64,000 nt of DNA from Eledone cirrhosa (GCA_964016885.1 OZ024745.1:129766001-129830000), one strand, 5' to 3'. Positions 13,021-28,116 are shown, counted from the first letter of the stretch. Notes: generated from the letters alone by a model not told the origin. Numbers and translations are program-made.

Positions 13021-13098
13021 ATTTCTGAAGTTGTAATGTTTCATGTATACAAACTTATAGAAGTAGGTGACGTTGTATGTATGAATGTATGTAAACAC

Positions 13099-13133
<35 letters not shown>

Positions 13134-13481
13134 ATATGTATATATGAAGTCATACAGATATTATCATGTGTAATAGAGAAAAAGAACCTCCCTGTGAATA
13201 TTTTAAGCTACCTCAGTGGCCAATGAAAATGTTAGAGGTGTTATTTTGTATTTCATCCCTCACCGGTGACATTTATGCACTCGGTACTTAGACAAGAATG
13301 AGCTAAATCTTATAAGTTTTTTTGCAAATAAACTATCGAATAGCCTGAAAAGGACCGATGATGATTAATAAGAAATAGCACTGCATAGCCAATACGAGGT
13401 TGTCATGTGAATCCAAACCTAATTCTACAATGACAAAAAATAGACCATGGTTTCATTTGGACTCAGAATAAACATTAAAAA

Positions 13482-13739
13482 TAAGATATACAAGTAAGTT
13501 TGTTTTGAAACAGCGAGGGAAGTTTGAAATTTAGTAGAAATAGAAGCTTACACCGTATTTTTAACTAAAGAAATTTTAACCTGATAGTAGTGTTTAAAAC
13601 ACGGAAAAGGATTAGTACTGACCTTCAATACTCATTCTTTTCCATTTTTAGAGGGTTTTAAACTCCACTATCAGACTAAAATTTCTTTAGCCAAAAATAC
13701 GACAAAGGCTTCTATTTCTACTAAATTTTAAGATATACA
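13482..13739. mobile_element. Family C fold-back element, older copy with 11-bp TSD
   Basis: Imperfect palindrome centred ~13622; taagatataca at 13482-13492 and 13729-13739. Confidence 0.78.
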
Positions 13740-14390
13740 GTTGTGCAATATATATTATTATTCGCGTCAAGGTTTAAGTGTAATGAAAACCCTCTCATTT
13801 TCTGTTAGAAAAATTCTGTCATTCTGCTTTCTCTAAACATGATTTCTTCTCTAACTGTAGTTGATCAGTATTTTGTCTAACGTCTAGTAATTTTTATATT
13901 TCTCTTATTTTGAATAGCTGCGTTGCTAATGTCACTATCTGAATATTTGGCTTTGCTATATGTATAATGCACCTTATCGATGTTCTTTCAATGCAATCTA
14001 AACTAGAAGTTTACCTTCTCCATACAAATATTCAACATTTATATTTCTGCATTAAAAGTAAACCAAGTTTCATTTTCAAAGGAAAATTTGTTGAATATTT
14101 CCTGTGAGTTGAGCGAAGGAAGTTTATAGCTCAAATCCAAAATCACCGACTCAATTGCATAAACATATTTCTTATGTACTGACCAATATACCACCTGTGT
14201 TTCTGATGAAATCAGTCCAAGATAAACCCAGATGATTACAAATAATAGTAGATAACTCTAGTGTATATATATAATTTAAAAACTGCACAGTACTTTTAGC
14301 ATTATGCTATTCAAAATAGAAGGTTTTATGAAAATGGACCAATAATTAATAGCTATTTACAATTTTAAACGGAGTTTCTTTCTACCCACC

Positions 14391-14541
<151 letters not shown>

Positions 14542-14986
14542 CGTGCGTGCCTGCGTTGCGTGACTGTAAGTGCCTCGGATTGTTTATCTGCTTGCTGATA
14601 CAACACTGATTTATAAATAATAAACAAAACCGTTAGAAGATTCCACTTAACTTCTTCGTGGCCAGCCTTCAGATGAACATAAACCAGCGGTCATTACCCC
14701 TAGGTTTCCCAACATAAAGATTAGATTTTTGAAAACATATTGCCACTCTAATCACCACTACTATATTCTTCATTCAGAATACCACCCTCTTCTTCTCATC
14801 CTCTCGTTCGCTTTCCTCTTCTTTTTTTCGCCTCCTCCTCAGCGAAACTTGACTAAAACTATTTCATTTTCTTGATGATTTCAAATGGATGAAAGGGTAC
14901 TAGTCCTGTGAAACTCATTTTTGTAGGAAATTATATATATATATACATACTTGTTCTTTGTTTTTATTTCATTGTTTCTATTAATT

Positions 14987-15025
<39 letters not shown>

Positions 15026-15032
15026 GTATATA

Positions 15033-15070
<38 letters not shown>

Positions 15071-15071
15071 T

Positions 15072-15124
15072 GAGATTCTACAGGACTAGAACTGTTTCAT
15101 TCTTTAGAAATCATCAGGAATCTC
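15072..15124 (-). ncRNA. Compact type I hammerhead ribozyme isolated between (TA)n tracts
   Basis: Minus strand: gagattc-CTGATGA-tttctaaagaat-GAAA-cag(ttctagtc)ctg-TA-gaatctc; 7-bp helix I; intact core. Confidence 0.85.
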
Positions 15125-15143
15125 TGATTCAACCCGGAATAAC

Positions 15144-15214
<71 letters not shown>

Positions 15215-15248
15215 TGTTATATATACATATATACATATATACCAATAT

Positions 15249-15296
<48 letters not shown>

Positions 15297-15405
15297 GTAA
15301 ATATATATACATATATATATATATATGTAAATATATATATACGCTACTTGGCAAGTATCTATATGTATCACCTATCCTCCCTTTTTTTCTCTCTCTCGAT
15401 ACGTA

Positions 15406-15456
<51 letters not shown>

Positions 15457-15478
15457 TGTTTACATATATATATATATT

Positions 15479-16430
<952 letters not shown>

Positions 16431-17389
16431 TATATATATATATATATATATAATTTCCTGCAAAACGAAAACTCCCAATAAATAATCAGATCTTGTAATA
16501 ATTTCTCACCACTTCAGATTGAAAAAATATTACATCAAAAGTTATTGTAAACGCTATTCGCTTTTTAATATAAATTTCCCTTGTGGTTGAAGCAAGATTA
16601 AGTAATTTCTATATGAAGAATGTGTCAAAGACCCAAACGCTAAAAGTTCTTACACATTTCTAGCAATTCAAAATGGCATTGTAAAAGCAATCTCCAGAGA
16701 ATTCACTTTACCGCATCAATCAAACTAGCATTAAATATTAATTTTTCATTATATTTATTTTGTTACATTTGATTTTAGTTTGCCTTTTTTTAACGTTTTA
16801 CTTTATTCATTGACAAATATAATTTTTTCTGATTCTTATCAAAAATATTCATCATATATTGTGGACTGACTATGTCTTCTGATGCCTAAGTTTTATTATT
16901 AGACTTTTCTTTTTATTTTTATTTTACTTTCCAACTTTAAATCATAGAAATATAGACCCTTGCACAAAACATAATATTATTAAATCTTCACCTCAGAATC
17001 AATCAGAACAATATTATTTTGTTGTTTTTTTAATCATTATATTCATAATATTCCTGATTGTAATATTCTGTCTATGTATCATGTATCTTCTCGCTATTTA
17101 CAATAGTTTTTATATGGTGGCTATAATTTCTTCGAAATGTCAATGATTTTAGTAGCTTGTCATTTGATAGACTTTGTTACATGCTGTTTCAAAAAGAACC
17201 GACGTTTCTGAGTAGTAAGCTATTATTTTATCCCTTTTATTTTAGTCATTGTTTTAAATTGTACCATTGATTGATGTCATAAATAATTCTAAAGAATAGT
17301 ATATATGATACTGAATTTGTTGAATTTATGTATTTTACCTATTTAAAATCCTTAGACGCAATGTTCAATTTCCTGTACGGGATTTAATA

Positions 17390-17790
17390 TATCATCAGCA
17401 TCATACGCCGGCCTAGGCCGAAATGGACTCAACAATTGATCTCCACGTGAGTCTGTCGTTCATTGCCGTGCCAAGTCCTGGATTTCAATAGCAGAATCTC
17501 AGGAGATGACATCGGGATAGGAGAGATTGCGCCTCCTGTTATTAGTGACTGCTTGTGGTTTCTAAAGCACTAATGTGGACACAACCTCAGAGGTGGCACG
17601 ATGGCAGTGGCCAGCAAATCTTATTCTCCTTTTACGTACGACAGATATACGTGGAGGCCGGCATATATTCCTTTCAAAGTTAGATGTTGCCAGCATATGT
17701 TCTGAATGCGTTGAAGCAGGCGAGTGTAAGTACCATCATGGTGCTTTTGTTGTTTGGATGAAAGCGTCCACGTTTCACTTCCATACATGG
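17390..17790 (-). mobile_element. RTE/RTE-X LINE 3' fragment
   Basis: Frameshifted translation DGTYTRLLQRIQNICWQH...RIRFAGHCHR..SEVVSTLVL...MNDRLTWRSIV, ending in a tga-repeat tail. Confidence 0.75.
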
Positions 17791-17900
17791 TTAAGGAATA
17801 CGTATATATTTCGATGTATTTCTTAATATTATTTCTCTTAATACTTCAACTTATTTAACAATATCTTATATTTTCAGTTAGAAGTCGTTTCAGATGAAAT

Positions 17901-18087
17901 AATTGTTTCTACTTTTGGCACAAGGCCAGCAATTAGCCAGTGCATTACTGGTACTTTATTTTTATCGACCCCGTAAGGATGAAAGGCAAAGTTAACCACG
18001 GCGGGATTTGAAATTAGACCTTAAAGAGCCGTAACTCTTTGCTGCAAAGCATGGCGTCCGACTCTCTACAGATACTGCCAATCCACA
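17901..18087 (-). mobile_element. Full-length SINE
   Basis: Reverse complement match to the SINE consensus. Confidence 0.92.
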
Positions 18088-18285
18088 TAAATATGTTTGA
18101 AATATAAATGTTATTGTATCCGCCCTGTGTAACATTCTCAGTTCTGGTTACTGTGCCTCTTCATAAACTGGATTTCGTACAAACCGATCCTTATATCTCT
18201 GCTGAAACAATATTCTTCTCCTCCTCCTCCTCCTTTTTCTTCTTCTTCGTCGTCGTCTTCCCCACTTATTATTATTTTGGCAGTA

Positions 18286-18662
18286 AAGGGCGGTGGATTG
18301 GCAGTATCAGTAGAGGGTCGGACGCCATGCTTTTCAGCATAGAGTTATGGCCCTTTATAATCTGAGTTCAAATCCCGCCGAGGTCAACTTCCCTTTCATC
18401 CTTACGGCGTCGATAAAATAAAGTACCAGTAATGCACTGGGATAATTGCTGGCCTTGTGCCAAAAAGTAGAAACAATAATAATAATAATAATAATTATTA
18501 TTATTAGTCGGACGCCATGCTTTCCAGCATAGTTACGTCCCTTTACGATCTGAGTTCAAATCCCGCCGAGGTTCACTTTGCCTTTCATCCTTACGGGGTC
18601 GATAAAATAAAGTACCAGTAATGAACTGGGTAATTGCTGGCCTTGTGCCTAAAGTAGAAACA

Positions 18663-18698
<36 letters not shown>

Positions 18699-19850
18699 AG
18701 GGCGGTGGATTGGCAGTATCGGTAGAGCGTCGAACGCCATGCTTTGCAGCATAGAGTTACGGGCCGTTATGATCTGATTTCAAATCCCGCCGAGATTAAC
18801 TTAGCCTTTCATCCTTACGGGGTCGATAAAATAAAGTACCAGTCACGCACTGAGTTCGATTTCATCGACTTTCCCCTCCCCTCAAATTGCTGGCCTTGTG
18901 CCTATATAAGGAACCATTATTATTATTATTCGCTGGGGTGGTGGATTGGCAGTATCGGAAGCGAGTCCGAGACCCTGTTTTGCAGCAAAGTGTCACGGCC
19001 CTTTACGGTTTGAGTTCAAATCCCACCGAGGTTAACGTTGCCTTTCATCCTTATGGGTCGATAAAATAAAGTACCAGTAATGCACTGGATAATTGCTGGC
19101 CTTGTGCCAAAAGTAGAAACAATTATTATTATTATTTTTATTGATGGATTAGCAGTATCCGTAGAGGGTCGGACGCCATGTTTTGACGCATAGAGTTACG
19201 GCCCTTGCCATATTGAGTTCAAATCTCGCCGAGGTTAACTTTGCCTTTCATCCTTACGGGGTCGATAAAACAAGTACCAGTAATGCACTGGGTAATTGCT
19301 GGCCTTGTGCCAAAATTAGAAACAATTATTATTATTATTCGTAATGTATTTGTTCTGGCAGATGTTATACTGAAACTATACAAATAGAACCAGCCATACC
19401 CAATGGCCAAAATTCCTTCGGGTCACTCTTGTTCCTTATGATGAAGATGATTATTATTATCGTTATGCGGTGAATTTACGGCCCTTTACATTCGGAGTTC
19501 AAATCCCGCCGAAGTTAGCTTTGCCTTTCATCCTTACGTGGTCTATAAAGTAAAGCACCAGGAACGTACTGGGTCGATTTAATGGACTTTCCCCCTCCCG
19601 CCCCAATTACTGGCATTATTATTATTATTAATGGTGGATTGGCAGTATCGGTAGAGGGTCAGACGCCATGCTTTGCAGCATAGAGTTACAGCCCTTTATG
19701 ATCTGAGTTCAAATCCCTCCGAAGTTAACTTCCCTTTCATCCTCTAAATAAAGTAAAATAAAGTACCAGTAATGCACTGGGGTCGATTTAATCGACATTC
19801 CCTTCTCCAAAATTGCTGGCCTTGTTCCTATATAAGAAACCATTATTAAT
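18286..19850 (+). mobile_element. Head-to-tail cluster of about 7 SINE copies joined by (ATT)n
   Basis: Copies start near 18288, 18507, 18700, 18938, 19143, 19470 and 19632; mix of short and gtcgatttaatcgac-containing subfamilies. Confidence 0.93.
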
Positions 19851-21722
19851 GAATCTGTCGAGACATGGTACAGATTGCCAGAACAAGTTGTTCGTGTTTT
19901 TACGTGTTCGTAAAACATTTGTCAACACATTAAATCTCATTTCTTTCTCCCTCTTTCTCTCACTCTCCATTCGACTTGTGGTTATATCTTAACCCAAAAA
20001 CGTTTACTATGCAAATAATATACAGCTGGTAAGGGATACCTTCCGCGCTGAGAATACTGCAACGATAACAACATCAACATTCACAGAGCACTTATTACTT
20101 CAGATATTGTTTCTATTCATCATCCACATTTGGCTTATTTCTATCTCTAAATTTTTTATATTTGGATAGTTTCTCCATTACCTTGATACATCAATTAGAA
20201 GACATAATCTTTCTTTGAAGTATTTGACTCTAATATCTAGTTGGTTGGCTTTGATCTACCTGTCTATGTGAATTGGCATATCGCAGAGAATGGTTGCTTT
20301 GACATTCTCTGAAAACGTTTCCGATGTGAATTTGTACCATCCTTTTACTATTGCTATTTCATATTAATAGCATAATTCCCATTCTATGTCGGTCCCTAGT
20401 CTATGATGTCTGTGAATGTATTCCATTTTGTCTAAGGCAGGACAGACATAGATAATGAGGTTAATCTTTTCTACCCACCGAGCCGTAATAGTATAAATGT
20501 ACAAAAACTATTTCTGTTATTTCAATTTATTATATTTCCTGTTCACTTAACGATTTCGTTCCTTTCTTCAAGAAACAACAAGTGTCATTTTCGTGGCGCT
20601 AAATATAACATCTAAATTGCAGCCAACCAACTTGTAATGTTTCAGGTAAGCACAGCCGTTGAACTAATCATCGAGGTGCTCACTTCTTGAATGTTTTTAA
20701 TCACAGTTTCACTAGACATATATCTCATACCAAACATTACCTCTTGAGAATGCAATAAATATAAACCTACGCAATACGGTTTTCATTTTAGTTACCATTA
20801 TAATTGCTTCCTTTTTTCGTGGAAATATGAATATCTCTCTATCAAATTGAAATTGGAGGTGCAGAGATGTACCTGAATATTATTTATATGAATTGAATGG
20901 TTCAATGCTTTGTCATCATATTAGGTTGAACCAGTCTTGAATTAACAATTATGAGATCTTCTAGCAGAGAAATGCAAACGTATTCAATCTCTCTACCGTA
21001 TTTAGACACATTTTAGACAAGGCTAGAATATAATTATATTTACTAAAATTCATATTTATGTGACAATTTGCTAATAAATAAACACAGCAAGAGTAAGTTT
21101 AATTATATTAGTTATATTTGGACTCGTTTTTCTTATCATTCGAGTCTTCTTTCTCATTGTTATTAAGTTTAATTGTTTAAAGGAATGGAAGCTACATTCG
21201 ATGTGTCTATATACTTTAACGGGAAGAACGTCTTGTAAACCTCTTGTCTGCTATCATGTGCACCACAAGTAGGTTTAATCAGTACCTTGGAAATCTGTCA
21301 CTATTACAACAGTGACAGTGATAATTCAACAAATGTTTGTATACAATGCCTATTGCTTTTGGCACCAGATATTCAATAGCCGTTTGCGATGTGATATACG
21401 ACGAAATAAGTACTTTTAATTATTTATTTAAAGGAATATATTTAAATGACTTAAATGTGTTTAAACGAAGCCCATTACAATATTACTCCATACTGATATC
21501 GCTCAAATATTCTGTTCATTTTGTTTGATGTGTATGAAATTAGTACTGCAGGGAGTTAGTTTATTTTTAATTATGAATATTCCCCTACTAGCCAACCGCC
21601 AACTGATTTAATTAAACCGTAGTGTAACAGTCCTAATATTTCGAAATGATAATTTGATACTAGTTGCGTGGCTTACACATGCTCACATACATACAAGGCT
21701 TACATGCACACATATATGTATC

Positions 21723-21856
<134 letters not shown>

Positions 21857-22321
21857 AATGAATAAAGAGCGATTGACTGAGAGAGGGGAGTGTAATAGTG
21901 TAGGCTACACGCAGAAATATTCCGTGTACGTTCATTGAAGTTTTATTGGAGTTAAACATTATATACATTTAAAGAGAACATTTTCAGAATGCCAATATCA
22001 AGTGGATATGGAAAGTATGAAAAATGAGTAAGTGGTTTGAGTTAGAATTCACATTTATCTAATTGTTTTAACACCACTTAGTCCCGATGGTGCAGATCTT
22101 TGATGGGAGTGTGCCAACCAGGCCAATAACATATTCTATTCGGGCATACTGCATCTACAACTACATTATCCAATGTGATATTTTTAGCAGCTTTAATGAC
22201 AAAATAGGAGCATCTACGTTTGTTTTTCAGTCACGTTTATTTACATACTTTTTATTCTATTAGGTTTTATTTATTGAATATCTATATTTTTACCTATTAC
22301 ACTACGATTACTTTTCTCCCA

Positions 22322-22710
22322 AGGGGTGGAGGATCCGCACTATCGGTAGAGGATCGGACACATGCTTTGTGGTATATGTCGGGATCTTCACATTCTCAGT
22401 TGTATTTCATCCTTACCGGCATCGATAAAATAAAGCACCAGTAATGCACTGGGGTCGATTTAATCGACTTCCCCTCCCCTAAAATTGTCGGCTTCCTTTT
22501 CCAGCTTCCATTTCTTTCGCATGTTTTTGTTTATACTTTCATTGCTGATAATTTTAGGGTGGTGAGCTGGAAGTATCAATAGAGCGTCTGTTTATCTTTA
22601 GAGTTCAAATAAAACTGAGGTTAAATATGCGTTTCATAGTTCTGGCGTAGATAATATAAAGTAATCTTTTCAAAATAATTTCACTTTCCCCTCCGCAAAA
22701 TTCACTCTGT
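22322..22710 (+). mobile_element. Two degenerate SINE copies
   Basis: Partial head and central domain matches. Confidence 0.65.
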
Positions 22711-22971
22711 TGAGGCGTACATTAGCTGCCACTATATATTAATTATAATTTAGCATACAATTATATCGTTATAGAATGAATGTTTTTGTCTTTTACTTCA
22801 ATAATATTGTCTCGTCAAAAGCTTTTTGAAATTCAAGTATTTTTGCAAGACTTATAAAAGTATAATTAAATAATACCCCCCCCCCCCCCCCCCCACAGAC
22901 ACACCGAAATCTGGAATATTAGTTTTAGCTGTTTGATTCAATCACAGGCGTACAGGGTTATGTACACACAA

Positions 22972-23106
22972 ATAATTGTTTCTACTTTAGGCACAAGGCC
23001 AGCAATTACCCAGTGCATTACTGGTACTTTATTTTATCGACCCCATAAGGATGAAAGGCAAAGTCAACCTCTGCGGGATTTGAACTCAGATCGTAAAGAG
23101 ACGTAA
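22972..23106 (-). mobile_element. 5'-truncated SINE with TSD acacaaataat
   Basis: Consensus match; 11-bp direct repeat on both sides. Confidence 0.88.
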
Positions 23107-24278
23107 GACACAAATAATAACAAATACTCACACGTATGCACGCATACATGCTCATACGATGACAAGTAACACAGGCAAATACATAAAAACACATAAATAT
23201 ATGGTTATTTATTTGTGGTATGTTATATATGCTAGAAGGCAGGGTAAGATAATATAGCATTCGTTCATTGAAAGTTTCACTAGGACGAAACTATTTACAG
23301 TTTCTGCTGTCTATGTCGAAATTACAAACACCTGGAGATCATTAATAACCCTTAAAATGAAATTCATAAAAAATGGGAGTCTCAACCGCGAGAAATAGAT
23401 GTTAAAATAACCGAATGCTATTAATCATAATAGTCTGGAAGTCGGGTAAAAATACATTTAAGGACGAAAAATTGTGGTCAGTTGCCACTAAGGAGAAATG
23501 AAAAATTGATTAAGAGAGGAGTGTGGTTTTATATAGGATTGATAAGGGAAAACAATAAAAGGAGAACAGGCGGAGGACAACGTTATAAAATGAGTGAAGA
23601 TTAAAATTACGAATGTTACAAGAACAAAGCATATATGCATCGTAAACTCACCAGCTCTCATCTGGTCACGTAGTTTCATGCGACAAAGAGAGGGTTATAG
23701 AGGGAAAGGTACAGTTTAAGGCGCAAGTAGTAGTGGTAATAAGCGGCGGTGATGTCAGTAGCAAGCGTGAGAGGGGAGAAAGGAAAAGCGAAGACGTTGA
23801 AGGAGAGGAGAAAGGATAATTGAAGATGGAAAGAGAGGAGATGAAGTGTGAGAGAGAAGATATAGAAGGCCTTGGCCACAACGCCCACCCACATATTGAT
23901 AACTCTAGTTAACTAGGAGTCATAACACAAGCATTCATATGAATCACTACCCCCTTACAGACAACTGACGCTGCACGCCAGGTCCGAAAACAGAAGAGCC
24001 GAACTCCCACTCTCAGTGACTCCATCTCTCTTGCCTTCCGTATCTCTCCGTATTATGAGCAAATGGGGTCGCATTTTCTGATCGCTCCACGGCCCCGGCA
24101 GACTGAATGGAGAAAGCGTTCCCCCAGAGGATGGTAAAGGAGGTGCCGGTGAAAGTAAACCTTTCAACCACTTACTCCCACCTCATAACTTTCTGTTTCT
24201 ACGGGGCGGTTACTGGCCCCTATTAACCCTAAAAATATTGAAACCAATCAAGATGATATTCTGATGTGCCAATAAAAA

Positions 24279-24425
24279 CCCAGTACATTACTGGTACTTT
24301 ATTTTATCGACCCCGTAAGGATGAAATGCAAAGTTAACTTCGGCGGGATTTGAACTCAAACCGTAAACGGCTGTAACTCTATGTTGCAAAGCATGTTGTC
24401 CGACTCTCTACCGATTCTGCCAACC
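24279..24425 (-). mobile_element. SINE lacking its 3' tail
   Basis: Consensus match. Confidence 0.85.
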
Positions 24426-24673
24426 TTTCGGATGAATTTTTGAAAATATATGAGTATTTTCATAGATATGAAAGCTTAAGTTGGGATTGTGACGGATGTA
24501 GAAACAAATGAACCGGATGTACTTCGTTGTGTACCATTTTAACTGCATTCTTCATTCGACAGATTTATTTATTCTATCACTTCAACTAACGGCATATATA
24601 TTTGAATTTATCATTATTTTTATTGTTGTTTTTGTTGCTGTTTACTATATCAAGGAAATTTAATCTCCATGAA

Positions 24674-25598
24674 TACCCTCAGGTCTTGAATATTCGACCC
24701 CACCCCGCTTATTAATTTTTCAGATTGTTTCTGCCCTCACGCTTATTAAAGTTTGTTAATCTGTCTCCGGTGAAAGTTTATTTGAAGTGGTAGCATTCCC
24801 GCGACAATTAATTGTCTTTAGACATTAAAAATCATTATACATGACAAAAAAAAGAAAATGAACATTACAAAAAATTCCATACGTTATAAAATAAATAGGT
24901 TGGGAGACTCAATATTTAATTTATACGAATAATTATGGTTTTGACGGAGACAACCAAGAAGAATTACCGATTCTTCAACCACCCCCGCTTATTCCAACCA
25001 TTTCCAGATTTTTCCAACCCCTTCCCTCTTATTCCAACCTCCCCCGCTTACTCATAACGTCCCTCATTTATTCCAACCTCCCCCATTTATTCCAACCTCA
25101 CTCGCTTATTCCAACCTCACTCGCTTATTCCAACCTCCCCCGCATATTCCAACCTCCCGCGCTTATTCCAACCTCCCTCACTTATTCCAACCTCCCCCGG
25201 TTATTCCAACCTCCCCCGCTTATTCCAACCTCCCCCGCTTATTCCAACCTCCCGCGCTTATTCTAACCTCCCTCACTTATTCCAACCTCCCCCGCTTATT
25301 CCAACCTCCCCCGCTTATTCCAACCTCCCTCACTTATTCCAACCTCCCCCGGTTATTCCAACCTCCCCCGTTTATTCCAACCTCCCCCGCTTATTCCAAC
25401 CTCCAGCGCTTATTCTAACCTCCCTCACTTATTCCAACCTCCCCCGGTTATTCCAACCTCCCCCGCTTATTCCAACCTTCCCTCGTTTATTCCAAAATCC
25501 CCCACTTATTCCAACCTCCTCACTTATTCCAAACCTCCTTCACTTATTCCAAACCTCCCTCGCTTATTCCAAACCTTATCATTTGGGACCCGAGAGTA
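24674..25598. mobile_element. Non-autonomous Tc1/pogo-like DNA element carrying a minisatellite
   Basis: Imperfect terminal repeats TAccctcaggtcttgaat / atttgggacccgagagTA; subterminal ccccgcttatt motif. Confidence 0.65.
24978..25577 (+). repeat. 19-bp minisatellite (TTATTCCAACCTCCCCCGC), ~30 units
   Basis: Directly visible tandem units with recurring variants. Confidence 0.97.
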
Positions 25599-26894
25599 AC
25601 ACAAGTATGGACTTCGGATCGATGGAAGAAGATGCCAATTTCACGAGGATTTGATTCCAGAACAACTAAAGTTTATAGTGGTATAGACCCTGATTAACAC
25701 TGAGTAAGTAGTTCTTTGTAATATTCATAAAATGTAAACATTTATTACTTCAATTCAATGATGTCAGTGGTTGATGCTACAGAATGACCATACGAAATAC
25801 ATGTGGTCGAACTCACAAAGTTGGCTTGGTACCCACAGTTTGCATTTGAGGCATAGGATGGAATTTCTACCTACCCCTTTCCTTCACACACAGTAAGGCT
25901 ATTTTCAAGAGGGAATATAGGCCCAGTTTACGCTTCTACGTAAATTACAAACAAATTACTACCCATAGTTAGTTATTTCGTAATATGTAAGCATTTGGAA
26001 ATTCACAGAGGGCTAGAAACTATTGCAAGATCAATGAAACTTTAATTATCTCCAGTCAAGAAGCTGTCGGAAAACTGTAAAAGGAGAATACTACAATTAC
26101 GAACTGATGATAGAAAAATGATTCTATTCAATTGACAGTCAAAAATATTATTCTAAACAAACACTGTTTGTGAATAACTGCTAGTGCAGTTAGGGTTGCA
26201 GATCATTTATCATTTGCTCGCTAGATCAGTACTGGCCAAAGGCTAAAATCTATAACCTACTTCAGTAGTGGAAAATTTAATTTTACTATTCATAAACAGA
26301 GATGAAAGGAATTAAATTCATTATAGCAATGTTATGCATTTTAATCAGTTCTATTAGGAAAAGCTTCAATGCCAGCCCCGGGAACACTGATAAACGGAAA
26401 ACAAAACAAAAAAAAACAAAAAACGAAGAAAAAAGGGATGAGGATGAATACTTAAATCTGTTTAATCATGTACTTTGATATGTAAAACATATGCAAGTAG
26501 TTTTAGAGTACCAGTAATGCACTGGGTATTGCTGGCCTTGTGCCTAAAGTAGAAACAATTATTTTAAACAAATATGGCAAAAATTATGTATTTCTGATAA
26601 GGATTTAGAGCGATCTATTATGCAAGAAGTGAAATATGGAAATGGAACTACATATACCCTTCTTAATATACAAACATAAATATGACTAAAACCTACTAAA
26701 TATTATAGCACATTTTATACCTGATTCCCATTTAGTGTGTGAGTTTATGTGTGTGGATTAGAGCTCCATTTTATTTCTGGATGAATATGCTACACCGGGT
26801 AAATATAAAGATTTGGAAATAGAGCCGTTGTTTGCTCCATGTTCGATTATAAACACACACATACACACACACGTGCACACGCACACGCACACGC

Positions 26895-26977
<83 letters not shown>

Positions 26978-26978
<1 letters not shown>

Positions 26979-27797
26979 TGCGGTCGGCCGCGAAGAGGCT
27001 GCTGTAGTTTATTTATCAAATATTTCTTCATAGGAGCCTTTATTCTTATAGCCTGGTCTAATTGATTTTTTATGTGGTTAATTAGGCTAATTGGGAGAAT
27101 TTTATCAAATGATTCTATGGACATATTTTATGATATATTGCTCTATTATTTAATTTATTAATTCTTCATTGAGCCACATCGTGAATGGTTGCCACATATA
27201 TATCTATGACTTTGTGTTTATGTAAATCTTTATATTTAATAATCTCCCAGTAGGTTGAGATGCAATTTGGGCAATATTGGGCTGCGCTTTCTAGCAACCA
27301 GCCCACTCGCCGTAAGCAACTAATCACATTATTTCTAACTTGACCACTGCCACGTCACGATTCTTAGCCATTTTTGAATCTATTTCTGGCGGGGATCGCT
27401 TTGGAAAATTAACTGTCCTACGTGTTTGTCTCCTACTGAATTCGATACTCGAGATTTATCCTTAATAGGATATCTCAAAACGCGACGAAACCAGAGTAGA
27501 GACATAATCACAGCAAGAATGTACTCATTTCTTCTAACTTTAAATTTATACCTAATTGTGTATGGTTGACTGTATATTTAGTCAGTTTCTACATGCTGTT
27601 GAAATGTTGGGTAAATATTCTGTTGCGGTCGGCCACGAAGAGACTGCTGTATTTTATTTATCAAATATTTCTTCATAGGAGCCTTTATTCTTATAGCCTG
27701 GTCTAATTGATATTTTATGTGGTTAATTATGCTAATTGGGAGAGGAAATAGTGTATATATTTTATCAAATGATTCTATGGACATATTTTATGATATA
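26978..27797 (+). mobile_element. Element with ~160-bp direct terminal repeats between microsatellites (possible tandem pLTR)
   Basis: 26978-27137 matches 27624-27797; decayed HHR-like tgtctc...GAAA-ccagag-TA-gagaca at 27427-27506. Confidence 0.6.
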
Positions 27798-27798
27798 A

Positions 27799-27883
<85 letters not shown>

Positions 27884-28040
27884 GTAATAAAAACAAGGGA
27901 GTTTTATATCCAAAGCTGGTAGAACACCCAGTCCAATGGACGAATCAGGTATAGAGTTAGTTCCACAAGAAATTAACAACATATACACGAGTTGAAGAAT
28001 TTCTTCGGGTGAAAAGTATGGTTTAATTTGAAGTAGAATT

Positions 28041-28044
<4 letters not shown>

Positions 28045-28113
<69 letters not shown>
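28045..28113 (+). repeat. (CT)n microsatellite
   Basis: Direct. Confidence 0.95.

Positions 28114-28116
<3 letters not shown>

Noticed and set aside
20635-20652. tttcagGTAAG recursive-splice-like motif (also minus strand at ~44560)
   Set aside because: Opposite strands, no host gene evidence, plausible by chance
24978-25577. CRISPR-like periodicity
   Set aside because: No unique spacers, no cas genes, eukaryotic context
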